Shown here: piece by piece, positions 26,424 to 39,830 of the stretch | How positions within the stretch are numbered: the first letter of the stretch is position 1 | Layout of the letters: the number at the start of each line of letters is the position of its first letter | Source of the DNA: Eledone cirrhosa | Taxonomy: Eukaryota | NCBI GenBank assembly: GCA_964016885.1 | Contig: OZ024742.1 | Coordinates: forward strand, 274,040,001 to 274,104,000 | Direction: 5' to 3' | Length of the DNA: 64,000 bases | Position numbers and translations under genes: made by a program | Notes under the pieces: model-generated | What the model was told of the DNA's origin: nothing | Seen by the model: the letters and a program-made list of their open reading frames with translations, nothing else | The model's database searches: none

Positions 26424-27425
26424 TTATTCAGTGATTTTTAACATACTGGACCTCCTTTTCAACACAAGAGACATATAGAAACATATGTATATATTGACCC
26501 AGAGTGGGTTGACATCCATTATAATAATATAGCATGGTAATTTACATACAAAGATTGCAGTCATATTAAAGGACAAAATTAAAATTAAAATAAAACATAG
26601 GCAGTCCACTAAGATAAAGCAAAAGGAAAGTTTGGAGTAGCCAGTGTATGCAATAGTCACACGTGTGGCATTCACGCGTGTCCTATTTATACAAGATTAT
26701 AGTGCGGCAGATTGTTACAAGTAAAACAAGCAGTCAAATCAGGCAAGAGCATCATGGGGGTGAACTGGTTAAGCATTATTTACACACACCTGTACGATAT
26801 AGAAGCAAGCCCGTGTGTGGAGAAACACCAAAAATATCAAAAATATTACAAATGAGAAGTAAAACAGCACCACTGTCCTCGTACACACCACCACACTCAC
26901 AATCCAGGAAACGCAATTTATAGACTACATGCCCATCTCACAATCCACGATGATTCAACATTCAATTCGATTCATAGATCAGGTTGTTTTTGTTGTGAGA
27001 GATGACATCGTATTATATTCCGGAAGTGTGTGTGTGATTAAGGGGAGTTAATGCGTAAGGGGAGGTAACTAGCTGATTTCTATAGTTAAATTTATTATCC
27101 TAAAGTACATTAATGGTGTCTCAAATGAGTTCTCATCATATAAGGTTATAAACAATTTCTAAATTTAAGTATCTTATCTATAAATTACAGTGTAGTCTAT
27201 CTAGAAGTACTAAAGGTGTTCATATTAGGATGAATACCTTTTATCATAGAGTGCCCCCACCGAACATTCCACATGAAGAGTCAGGTCTCCAAATCAGTGA
27301 TCTCTGTAAGTGTAGTCCACCCGCAGGACCTGGCAGGGTCTTATTAGAATCACTTCTATATATGACTCCTGGGAAGTTGTGGGTCATTGCATGACTGATT
27401 GCATGGCAAAGTTAAATATCACTAG

Positions 27426-27472
<47 letters not shown>

Positions 27473-28308
27473 TATAAATAAATGGAAACTATATTTGTAA
27501 AACCATATTTATTTTATTATATATATTTCAAGGGGGCCAACAAATTAAATATCTCTTTGCTTATATATATATATAGTGTACGTAGTACGGTGAAATATTG
27601 GTGTTAGTACCAAATCAAACACTTTGTGCACAGGTAGGGAGTATATAATAGACAAAAGGAGGAAGTTTCGTTTACATATGAAAAATATGTATTGCGTATC
27701 GACTTGTTACACCTGTTTCCCAGAGGATTGGCTCAAGGTGGCCCAGAAGAATTATGGACGAAACTCGAGTATTGATCTGCTTCTTAGAATGGTGATGCAT
27801 CAACAGATATATTTGTGTGTAGTGTGTGAGCCGAAAAGGTATATATATATAGGCAGCAGCCTTAATTTTTTTTTTATGTGGGTGTATGTGTGTAATTTTG
27901 TCTATTTGGTGTGGCGGCAATGAGAGTGTGTAAGCGTGCAAGGAATTATGGATTCATGTGTGTGTGTGTGGGGGGGGGGGGGGCTTTTCGGATTGGTATT
28001 GGTCAGTCAAAAAATTGCTTGGCTATAAATTACTGTCGTTAATATTAATTCTGATATATGTATATATATTGTTGTATTTGGGGGAACGCACCGGTCTGTG
28101 TGTCCCCGCGACTCCTCACATATATAGGCAGTTGAATGTATATTGATTCGCATGTGCATATATGTATGTATATGTGTGTATGTGTACGCATGTACATTTG
28201 TTTGTACGTGTGTATTTATACGTGTGAGTGTGCTAGAATGTGTGAGTGTGCTAGCATGTGTGAGTGCATGTGGCTGTATATATGCACGTATTAATAGACA
28301 TGTATGTG

Positions 28309-28381
<73 letters not shown>

Positions 28382-28822
28382 TATATATATATCATATATT
28401 ATCTATATATATTTTTTATTTAATATAGAAATGGCTTCTACAGATGAAATCACGGGGAATGCCGACTGTCAATGTCATATGGTGGTATTTATACATTTTC
28501 TGGTGGTAGAAGATGGTGTAGGTCATTGGCTGATGGATTAAAAGAAATGTGATTCTCTAAAAATACTATATTTAGAGGAATATTCGTAGTGATACAAAGG
28601 GAGAAGTAAATTTACTCTAAATACCTTTAGACAAGCAATAACACTGTGAGGCAACCCTAATTGTTAAGGCACATTCATTCCAAGCAAACAATGGGTTTTC
28701 ATTGAGTTGCAATATTGAAATGCTCTGCTAAATGATGGTGAGGTCTGCAAAGATGGTCTGGTATCTACAATCACACACACCCACAGAGAGAGAGAGGCAC
28801 AGAGACACACAAACACACACAT

Positions 28823-28854
<32 letters not shown>

Positions 28855-29364
28855 TTATATACCCGTCTATTGAGAACTCTAATTCGATATGTGATATTTT
28901 GTATTTTTACAATAATATATACTACTGAATTCATTCGCCTAATATAGGGGTTCTCTCCCTTGATAGACCCCATGTAGATTTAGTGACGGGTTCCCTTGTA
29001 TTAATGAACTAAACGCCCGTTCAATGAGTGGTCTCCTTGTTCATCTTCTTACCAGAAGCCGGATATTTTTTATGTAAGCTGACGGTAACTGATTTAGGAG
29101 CCGCAGAAACCCAAATGCTGGAATTTACCATCTTTCCAGGGGGTCCGGGTAAATTTTTCATTCATATATATTTTTATTTGTCTGACCCGAATTTTCTTGG
29201 TCGTGTTTTCGGCTGTGCGAATGATTGTTTAAGCATCCTCTCAGTGTGTTGGTATTTAAACCTTAGTTATAGCTCTGGTTTATACAAACTATTGAGCACT
29301 TTGCCACACATTTCGAAGATTGTGTTTCGTTATTTCGTGGGCTTAGGTTCCGATTCTCGATCAT

Positions 29365-29447
<83 letters not shown>

Positions 29448-29458
29448 CATACATACAT

Positions 29459-29502
<44 letters not shown>

Positions 29503-29504
<2 letters not shown>

Positions 29505-29672
29505 TGTTTTTACTTTTGGCACAAGGCCAGCAATTACCTTATTTTATCGACCCTGTAAGGATGAAAGGCAAAGTGTACCTCGGCCGTATTTGAACTCAGA
29601 CCGTAAATGGACGTAACTATGCTGGAAAGCATGGCGTCCGACTCTCTACCGATACTGCCAATCCACCGGCGA
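29503..29672 (-). mobile_element. tRNA-derived SINE copy with small internal deletion
   Basis: Reverse complement of the 3269-3450 family. Confidence 0.85.
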
Positions 29673-29759
29673 GGAAGCAGAGAGGTACAGAGATGCGCGA
29701 TATAGAATATTAAATGCCAATAGCCGAAGCGTGGCATGCTCGATACTTGGGTTAGCAGC

Positions 29760-32350
29760 GTTAAATACTAGAGGAAGTTAATATTCAGCGTATGGTTAGG
29801 CAGAGCGAGAATAAGCAATTGAATGAATGAATGAAGGAATTACTAGCGGTTAACACAAGTTCTTTATAAAGCTCCTACACATGTTTGGCCCAGATGGCCT
29901 CTTCGGAGCGATAAAAGTTTGTATGATGACACCAGTAAATACAGATACCGTTGGCAAAGTTCACCCCAACTTGACATCTCCCTACATTATACCCGAAAAG
30001 TTGTAACCACAATGGCGTCGGTGAAAGGGACATGATCCACTAAGGGAGGTAATTATACGGTGCTAAGCCGTAGGTTCCCTAAGTTTATTTTAACCTATCC
30101 CAGCCAGGGGGAAAATTTAGCAGAGTGAGTCTAAACCAGTAGGTGCTGCGCAGTGCTTTGGTGGAAAACCGCTGGTTGGTTGATGATGTCATTATACACT
30201 GCACATTGGTATACCTATTGCAGGTGGATTAATTGAGGTGTAATTGTGAGGTTGTGAGGTTATTCAGGTTCTGGGGACCACGTGCAGAAGGAATTCTGCA
30301 GTCTGTGGCTGCAATTGATAACCATTTTAGCCCGACTATTAATGAGTTCCTGGGGTGCTTGCACTATATAGTATAATTCCATTAAGCTAAGCTGGCCATT
30401 TTTTCCTGAAATTATATGGGGTTGCTTGGTTTACAATTTCCCATTGAGTGGTGTAGCTAATGTTAGATTCAGTGAATCGAGTAATATAATTAGCGAAGGA
30501 GGTAGAGAATCTTAGTTTCTTATTTCTAAAGGAGTGCAGATGTGATCTAAATCTAGTCTTGAACTCATTAGAAATGGCGCCTATGTATGACCTAGTGCTA
30601 TTACAACTTGTCACAGTGCATTTATAGATTACATTTCTAATCAAGCAGTGGCTTTTGAGTGGACAGTTGTTGGGGTTTCGGCAATTGCTGTGTATTTTAT
30701 TGCTATTTCTAATGTGGTGAGGTTTGCTGGTATCCTTACTACTGCCATTATCACCATCACCACTGTCGTCATTGTTGCGGTTGGCATTGTTACAATTGTA
30801 GTCCTGCGATATAGTGCTATTTCTATTGTTCCTATTACAGACCCTTCTATAGCTGCTGTTATCGCTGCTATGGTGTCTAACCTGATCGCCAGTTCGACTA
30901 TTAGTGCTGCGGTTAGTTTCTATGGTTTTGCTATTGTTTATGTTACTGCTAATACTATGATTGTTATCCTGGTTTCATTAGAGAAACATTTCCTACGTCA
31001 ACATCTCCTACTCTACTACACCTAACTTAGCTAACCTCATAGAACTTAGCAAGCACAGTAAGCTCACCAGAATAAAGCCAGCCCGTAATGCCAGCATTGG
31101 GGTATCTGGCCACCCTGATAACCTTAACAACACCGTTGGCCATAATAGTAGCAACTATTATGGCCAACGGTGTTGTGAAGGTTATCAGGGTGGCCAGATA
31201 CCCCAATGCTGGCATTATGGGCTGGCTTTATTCTGTGGTTGCTAAGTGCTATGAGGTTAGCTAAGTTAAGTGTAGTAGAGTAGGAGATGTTGACGTTATT
31301 CTTATTGAGGATCTTGTCGTACCTATGGGAAGTTCCTTTCTAAGGCGTCGAAGAAGATTCTGGGTATGTTAGAGGCTATACACCTAGATTAGGGAGAAGG
31401 AACCATATGACATTGCGCCGGCGTTTCTGTTGGGCCGGGGTAGTCGTTCGAGTCCTGGTGGGTGTTTCTACTGTAGCGGTTGGACTTCTGCCTGTTGTGC
31501 GCTCTGTTCATACTAGTCTCATGCGCTAACCTACCCCCTGCGCGGCCACTTCGGGTTACCCTATGTTTGCTGGTAGGCGCTGGTAAGATACCGTCACCAT
31601 TGTTAAGTCTGTACGCGGGGAATTTTTCTAGTAAGCTTCTGTTAGTTATACTGTCTAAACTAAGTTGGCACCAGTATAGGGTTCCGCCTGGCCCACCACC
31701 CTTACTGTTATGATGTTGGCCAAGGCTAGTCGTAATACTAGTTCGATCTGTATATTTTCCATTAACAAATCAACTGCCGCGCTGGTTATTGGTGCGACAC
31801 GCCACTACACTGGTCTTATGGGAGGGGGCCTAGTAGAGCCGGCGTCGTGGATATAAGAAATCCTACTGCTCTACCCTGATTCGGCTAGTGCTTCTTGTAG
31901 TAGTCAGCAATTTGGTCGAAGAGGTCCACATTGGCCGACAGCCTCGAGATTCTGTGTGTGATGATATTCACTATAGTATTAAGTGTAGATTTGGGGTGGT
32001 TAGATGTTTTGTTGATGTAAGACAGGACCTAATCTGGATGATGGTACGGTCTGTATAGGCCAGTATTTAACTCTAATGTTACATCCAGGAAGTTAACTAC
32101 TTTATGGTTATGGTCTATCGTAACTGAAAGGCCGTACATTTTAAAGAACTTATGGATATGATTATTGAGGTTTTCTATCCTACGGGGGATATGATTCTTT
32201 ACGGAAAACAGGGTTTCGTCCCTATATACACCACCTTGTAGTGCGGGGATCTCATCCCTAAACTTATGTAGGAGGTATATTCAAACCAGGTCTGTTACCT
32301 GCGCCGACTCACTCGACCCAATCGTGATATCCAAATTATCAGGACGGTTG
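29760..32350 (-). mobile_element. Decayed Nematis-type PLE (RT, long linker, GIY-YIG EN)
   Basis: ITIGSSESAQVTDLV, GVYRDE, VNFLDVTL, SNHPKS. EN reads CRNPNNCPLKSHCLIRNVIYKC...YIGAISNEFKTRFRSH. Degenerate hammerhead at 29871-29909. Confidence 0.85.
30995..31296. repeat. ~300-bp fold-back inverted duplication inside the PLE ORF
   Basis: Arms pair around ATAATAGT-AGCA-ACTATTAT (~31150). Confidence 0.9.
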
Positions 32351-32379
32351 TCAGTGTATGATGGTTCGTCTCGCTGCAA

Positions 32380-33730
32380 GATAGGACATTGCCGTTTTAT
32401 CCAATTCAACATCAATAACTACTACTCCTCCATCAATTAACCACTTCTTCTTAGAGCTATCAATTTCGCTAAAACGCTCACGGTGGTTAAGGATTTTGAA
32501 GTTGATGTCATCCGTAATGCCCGTAAGTCGGTGATTAATTTCGACGTCTCTATTTGGATTAAAAAGTCTAATAATAGCCCATTCGACGTGAGTATGGGCG
32601 CCAGCGATTCGGCGGAGGTTGCTGATCTTATCGGCCTTTTCCTTCTTTTCTCTATCAAGGAAGAATTCCCCAATGTGAGCGGTTGTTTTTACCGTGATGA
32701 CGGTCTTTTGACCATGACAAAGTGCGGTCCACGCATTGCGACAGGTCCAGAAAAGAACTCTCAGCCTTCTTTAAAGGCTTCAACCTCTCGGTCGTTAATT
32801 ACCTCGTCGTTACCTTCAATATGTCGAATGGCTTGCAGTACCCCTATAGAAATCCGAATGATACGCTTAATTACATAAATAAGCATTCTAACCATCCTGC
32901 CAGCATAACCAGGAACCTGGTAAGAAACGTTTCTTTGAGGCTTTGCCGTCTATCTACAAACGAGCATATTTGCATCGACCATTCCACATATTACAATGAA
33001 GTTCTTGCTCGGAGTGGATTTGTCGATAAGGTACATATACTAAGTATGAGCATAGACAAAGGAGAAATAGATCCCGACGCATTATATAGTTATAACCCAC
33101 CATATAATATGGAGGTGACCACACCATTTGCTAAGATCTTTCTCTCACTTATTAAAAAGCATTTCCTCTCAGCACATAAATATAATGATATTTTTAATAG
33201 AAATACCATTAAAATATCTTACTCTACGACTCTTAACTTTGCACATAACATCACTGATTCAAATTTAGCTAAATTGCAAAGCCGTAGGAACACGTGCAAC
33301 CCTGTAGCTAGTACTAACTGTAATTTTAGGAATCTTGTTGACTGCCCTCTATCCGGGAAATTCCTCTCCAGTAACATTATCTACAAATGTAAGGTCGTAA
33401 CACCCACGCCCCGTAGGGCCTACATAGGTTCAATAGATTCAAGCAGCGTCTTTACATGCACACCTATTCTTTTCTTAACTCTTTAAGAAGGAATATGACG
33501 TCAATTTCAGCTCATATCTGGAGTCAACAAGAGACAACCACACCCACTGGGAGATCCTAGCTAAAGCAAGATCGTATAACGGAAATAAAAGACCATTCGA
33601 TCTTTGCGCCGCTGAAGCCCTGGAAATACTCTACGCCAATGACCTCATCTTAAACAAAAAATCTGAGGCAATTTCGGCTTGTAAACATAAATTGTATACA
33701 ACTTTCCTATATTACAGCCCCACATTATAA
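32380..33730 (+). mobile_element. Decayed Nematis-type PLE (RT + GIY-YIG EN)
   Basis: FDVSMGASDSAEVADLIG, FYRDDGL, SNHP, YNPPY, IFNRNTIKISYS, CPLSGK...IIYKC...AYIG. Confidence 0.9.
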
Positions 33731-34424
33731 CTTAACGGACAGTACGAACAATACGAGGTTAATTTACATGTTTATACCATTACTTATTTCTATAGGTAAG
33801 TATACATTACCCGTATGTTTTGTGAAGGTCGTATACTTTCTCGTACGTATATTTGCTTGTATTTGTTATAGGTGTATATATTATATTATATATACTGGTA
33901 CATGTGTATATGGTTATGTGTATATGTGTATTTTGTGTATATCTGTGTATGCTTGTTTGCACGTATGTAAGATGTGTACTTTGTGTTTTGGGAAACGTAC
34001 GTTTGTGATCATATGTGTATTTACCTGTGGGTATGTGTGTGCGTGCGTTATATACGTATTTATGTGTGTATATTTATATACGGTTATATAATTATATGTA
34101 TACACACACACACACATATATATATTTGTATGTGTATTTGGTATATACGTTCGTATGTGTACGGGTACAGGTGTCGCGCGGGTTTATGCATGTGTACGTG
34201 TTTATGTGTGTGTGCTTGTATATGCATGCATAGCAGGTGTTTACGTGTATGCATGTGTATGTACGTATAAGGATGCGTGTATGTATATATTTAATTATTG
34301 TTGATTTTAATACCCTCTGTCATTTTCGTTCTACTAATTTATTTACATTATTCTTAACTCTGAAGTTGAGAATCATTCGTTTTCCTAAATATAATATTTG
34401 TCTATGACTTCATTTATACCATAA

Positions 34425-35250
34425 TCTGGCTCACGCACCAGCTCGTCCACCACCGCCTTGCTTGTTTTCGTGCGGCCTCCAAACCTCACAGTGGTGCCTG
34501 GCTCCATTCCCTGCCCTCCTTCTCCACTGGCACGCAGCTAGACAACCATAGCCTACGAATCGGCCAGCCTCCGGATCTGCCAGCCTCACTAATGTCGCTG
34601 CGGTTATACCGTGGACTCTTTCTGCCTCTACACGCTTTCCTCTCGCGAGAGTGTCGGCCACATTCCACGCCATGCTGCCCTCAACGAAGTCATTAAGCAT
34701 GGCTTGGACGCTCAGGCTCTCCTTCACAGCTCGAGCCGGTGGGGCTGGATCGAGGGGACGGCAAAAGGCCAGATGGCATGACCATCTTCCCGTTCCGCGG
34801 TGGCAAACCCCTCGTCTGGGATGCCACTTGCCCCGACACTTTCTGCAGCCCCAACCTGGTGCAGTCTGGGACTGACCCAGGTTCTGCTGCACGTCGGGCT
34901 GAGGGGGCCAAACTCCTCAAATACCGGTCGCACTCCGACAGGTTTGCGGTCGTACCCTTGGCAGTGGAGACTTCTGGTATCCTCTTCCCCAGGGCGACCT
35001 CCTTACTCACCACCATAGGCGCTGAGCTGGCCAGCCAAAGGTGTGAGCCCCGCGAGTTGTAGTGACTTTTCCATCGCGTCTTCCTTGCGGTCCTCCGGGG
35101 AAACGCCTTCTCCATTCTGTCCGGTTGGGCTGTGGGTGGGTCCCATCGCGTACCGTTGTAGTTGTTGTATACAGATATTAACTCATCAATCCCATTGTCC
35201 TAATCTGTTATTTTAAATCATATTTGTTATGTTATTCTACTGTAAATTTA
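34425..35250 (+). mobile_element. CRE-like (restriction-like endonuclease) non-LTR retrotransposon 3' fragment
   Basis: GDGKRPDGMTIFPFRGGKPLVWDATCPDT...KY...PLAVETSG...AVLRGNA. Confidence 0.8.
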
Positions 35251-35454
35251 TGTATATGCTCTCCTTATATTATCATTCGGAACATTTTTTGTATTCCGCA
35301 CTAAACAATTAATATATATGTTATTTAAAAAAAAAACTACTCCATTAATATCATACAAACATATATATATATGGTTAAACATTGTTTCATATATATTTAT
35401 TGGACTTATGAACGCCATTGTATTAGTCAACATTTATACTTCTATAAATAATCG

Positions 35455-35679
35455 TTGTTTTGTCTTTGCGTGTAATTGTTCTCCCGCACCACATAATGAC
35501 GTATTATCTTCGCTTTTTTTCCGTTCATTGCCGAAACAAAGTATCGTCTTCCTGTTTTCCTTCGGTTACAATGTTTTTCGAATTCTTTACGTCTGCGTTC
35601 ACAGATTGATTTGTTTTAGTTTCAGAAGATCATGTTAAGGGTGAAAGCAGCGATTCTTTGCTTAAACTTTAATCTGTTA

Positions 35680-35686
<7 letters not shown>
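35455..35686 (+). mobile_element. Family C repeat, truncated, hammerhead at 35619-35667
   Basis: Homology to the other family C copies. Confidence 0.75.
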
Positions 35687-35726
<40 letters not shown>

Positions 35727-36350
35727 AAAAAGAGATGAAATCGAAAATGCAACTGGAGTCTTATTTTTTAAAAAAATATATATATTTATTTGGTTCCTTT
35801 ACCGGTTTCGCAGTTCTTCTGCTTTTCAAAAGATGAGTTGAGATGGAGGGTCTGTGGTTTTTCTCACGTCTGGTTGGTCTCTGAATGTTACTTGTTTTAT
35901 ATGGAAAAAGTGGCTCGAAATGCCAGGTTTTTCGAGAAGTAATTTGATTGGTTTGTCAATAATTATAATAAATTTCGCGCCAGTTCGCGTTACAATAGTT
36001 CTTCAAATAAGGGGGGGGGTCACAAGTTGTTTTTTTCATATATGAGTGTTTGAATTTCTTTTTACTTGAAAAAAGGAGGCTCACGAAGGCTTTTTTGGGG
36101 TTGGTTATAAATGGAATTATGGCTGTCACGTGAACAAATTTTCATTAAATTTGTGTGCCCTTATTTGGAAATCCATTCTGTAGCCTTTTTAGAGAATTTT
36201 TTGATAAAAAGATAATGGTCAAGAGAAAGGGATGGAAGAATTGTTCTGGTTCAGTGAATATGGTTAGTTCGCTGGGGTGTCAGAATTCAGATTTTCTATT
36301 GAATAAAGAAAGTAAAGATATGTGTGTTTATTTGTGTGCTTGTGTGTGTG

Positions 36351-36390
<40 letters not shown>

Positions 36391-36673
36391 AATTTCTTTA
36401 CTTTAGAAAAAGGTGGCTCACGAAGGCTTTCTTTTAATAAACGTGATTTGATTGGTTATAAATGAAATTTGGCTGTCACGTGAACAAGTTTTCATTACAT
36501 TTTTGCGCCCTTATTTGGAAAACTATTCTTTATAGCGAATGTTATGACAATGGACAGATAGTGGTCAAGAGAAAAGGGATTGTTCTGGTTCAGTGAATAT
36601 GGTTAGTTCGCTGGGGTGTCGAGTTCAGATTTTCTATTGAAGTGAAGAACCCAATCTACGAGATGTCCACTCA

Positions 36674-37614
36674 GTGAAAAACACCCTAATCAACATATGG
36701 ACTCAAAAGCTCACAGCCCGCAAATACGCCCTTTGGAATCTCCTAAAAAATAATGGCAAGGCAGACATATATGAAAAGTGGCTAAACTCTACCCCAATCA
36801 TCCTCCCCAAAAAACTCCAAATAAAACCCATCCCGAATGAACCAGAAAACCAACAAAGACTTAGGGAAAAGATGGCATTGGAAAAATTTAAAACAGAAAT
36901 AGAACTGTTGCGATTAAGAGCCAACTCCAACGAAGAAAAATTCAAGTCACTCGCCCAACAGATGGACACAGAAATCACAAAACACTCTGAAGGCCTACTC
37001 TACAAAAAAACCCTAAAACTTTGGAAAGAAAACTGTGAGGATGAAGAACTAACATCCCTCCAGCGATGGGAAAGAAACGCCCCCTGGTTCAACAACTACG
37101 AAATGGATTTCAAAAATGAACAACATACAGGTAACCCATTTTTAAAACAAACTAAAACTCACACACCACATGCACAACAAATAACAAAAAAAGTAACAAA
37201 ACGTCCAACATACCCCCAGCAAAACTATAACGATAATCCCAGAAACCATAGACAAAACTATAACCCTACTAACAAAAACCAAAGATCCCCGAACACAAGG
37301 CAGAACCTGATCCGCAGATCACAACCCACACAAAACCTATTCCAAAACCGTAGACCCTGCCCACACAGAGCCTGTTCCAAAACCGTAGATCCCAACCCAC
37401 ACAAAGGAACAAAATCTACAACCCGGACTATCAACAAACCGAATCTCGATACGTCCGAAACTTCTATACAAGACCACACAACAACAGGGGAAATACCATT
37501 AGATATAATAATACCAATGAAAAAACATACCCGAAAAATCATTTTTTAGACCAAGGCTACAGGACTCACGACACCCGGTGGCACAAACCGATTTTGAAGA
37601 ACCGAAAATAATTA
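36674..37614 (+). pseudogene. ORF1 of the PLE (helical/coiled-coil N-part, N/Q/R-rich C-part; 5'-truncated, one 1-nt deletion at ~37358)
   Basis: 291-aa open frame. Restoring the QNRRSQPTQ repeat register continues the frame through NHFLDQG to TAA at ~37612-37614. Confidence 0.7.
37542..37548 (+). promoter_or_regulatory. Candidate -1 ribosomal frameshift heptamer T_TTT_TTA
   Basis: In the restored ORF1 frame (CAT TTT TTA). The -1 frame is open into the RT, and a GCTAC...GTGGC stem-loop starts 7 nt downstream. Confidence 0.65.
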
Positions 37615-39830
37615 ACATTTCAAATACAAACCTCTCAGCCCAACAAGTAAAAATTATCTCCAAAGGTCTGAAATTCACACCAACACCACAATACCCTAAC
37701 CCCAACGAGATAAATGACGATATCTCACACTTCTGTAGAAAATTACGTCTCACAGAGGAATTCTTTGACAAGGAGAATAACGACGAATCAATTGTACGGA
37801 ATAAAAGCAGCTACAACCCAACAAAAGGTAGAAACAGAGTTCTGGACAAAGTTTGTGACCACATAGCTACCTTCCCATACCATGAACTACCGCAACCTAA
37901 ACCCAAACCCAACACGAGTCGAAGGGAATGGGAGATTATCCATGAACTAAAAAACAATACGGACATTATAATTAAGGAAGCGGACAAGGGAAGTGCTGTT
38001 ATCATTATGGAGGCTGAAAAATATAAAAATTCTATGTTCTCTCTCCTACAAAATACCAATTACTATGAAAGAGTAAAAAACTACCAGCAATCAAAAATAA
38101 TGACCAAATTAAACACACTGATTTATCGATACCAGGAAAACCTAACTAAAAAGGAACGCGATTATTTAACAAATTTTGAACACAAAACCAGCAACCTTTA
38201 CGGACTTCTGAAGATCCACAAGTGTAAAATAATCAACGATGCCTGTAAACAATCCACCTCATCCTGCGTGAACACACAATAACCCACAGACCTTAAATTA
38301 AGACCAATTGTAGCGGGCCCACAATGTGAAACACACAGATTGAGAAACTTTATAGACATACTACTTAAACCAATACTGAAACACATACCAAGCCTTGTAA
38401 GAGACGATCTGGACCTCTTAAACCACCTCCCAAACATGTCAACAACGACACTATTATTGTGTCTTTCGATGTAGTGAATCTCTACACAACGATCCCACAC
38501 CAATACGGACTAGAAGCAGTAGGATTCTGGCTAGAGAAATATCCCAATGAGATACCTGACAGAATAGAAAAAAGCTTCATCACCGAGGGATTAAAATTCA
38601 TCCTACATTTCGATGGCAATACTTACAAACAAATATCGGGGACTGCTATGGGTACAAAAGCCGCTCCAACTTATGCCAACTTAGTCATGGCATACTTAGA
38701 AGTCCAGATATATGAACAGTCCAAATCAAAATACGGATTGAACTTCCACAAATATTTATCAGAGAATTGGAAACGCTACTTGGATGATTGCCTCATTCTT
38801 TGGTCCCACACACTCGAACAACTGAAGGATTTCAAAAACTTAATAAACGGCATCAATAACCACATCCAATTCACAATGGAATACAGCCAAGATCAACTCC
38901 CATTTCTGGACATCTTAATCTTAAAAAAAGACACAAATATCGAAACTGACATACACTACAAACCAACAGATTCCAAACAATATCTGCTATTCACCTCCAA
39001 CCATCCAAAGCACACGAAGACGAACATTCCTTTTAACCTAGCAAGAAGAATTTGCACAATTGTCTCCAATTATGAAACGCGAAATAAAAGACTTCAAGAA
39101 TTAAAGGAAATTCTACTCGAGAGAGAGTACCCACTATTACTAATAAATAATGGAATAGAAAGGGCTAAAGCAATAGGCATTTAAAATACGGAAACAGAAA
39201 CAAATTCAAGGTACGTCCAATATTCTATCATATATCTCAACACACAACCCAAGAAATGCGGAAGCTTACAACACTATTCACAATAACATCCCACTACTAA
39301 AACAAAACCCAAGAATGAAAAAAGCCCTTGAAACACACAAAATAATCAAAAGCAAAAGACAACCAAAATCACTGAAAACATTACTCACCAATGCCAAATT
39401 ACCTACCACAAACCCACAACCATGTATCAAAAAATGTGGTTGCTCTAATTGTGGAACCTGCACTCACCTCATTGAAGGCAACACGTATACATTTAAATCA
39501 GGACAAAATTTTGCTGTAAAAAATCACTTCACTTGCTCATCAAAAAATCTACTTTATGCCATTAAACGTAAAGGATGCAATGAAGATTATATAGGACAAA
39601 CTAAACTCACACTCAGAAACAGAATGACAGTTCATCGCCAACAATTACGAGATCCAACCACGAGACAGATACCACTAAGTGCACATCTAGACATTTGCGC
39701 AAGTAATAAGACAACCAAATTCCAAGTCTTCACATTTTACCTTTGCGCTAACAATACAACAGAACAAATGTGAATAAATAAGGAAAATATGTTTATTCAA
39801 AAATATAGACCAACATTAAATAAGGTTTAA
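37542..39830 (+). pseudogene. PLE reverse transcriptase + Cys-rich linker + GIY-YIG endonuclease (few stops and frameshifts)
   Basis: KGLKFTPTP, IKEADKGSAV, SFDVVNLYTTIP, GTAMGTKAAP, RYLDDC, LPFLD, SNHP, CGCSNCGTC, LYAI...YIGQT. Confidence 0.93.

Noticed and set aside
28900-29360. Possible highly decayed PLE endonuclease end on minus (FINTREP/SLNLHG)
   Set aside because: Only faint motif similarity across many stops and frameshifts.
39771-39773. In-frame TGA in the PLE endonuclease as possible selenocysteine
   Set aside because: It sits where a conserved Arg is expected (likely CGA>TGA decay), the copy has other stops, and no SECIS was seen.
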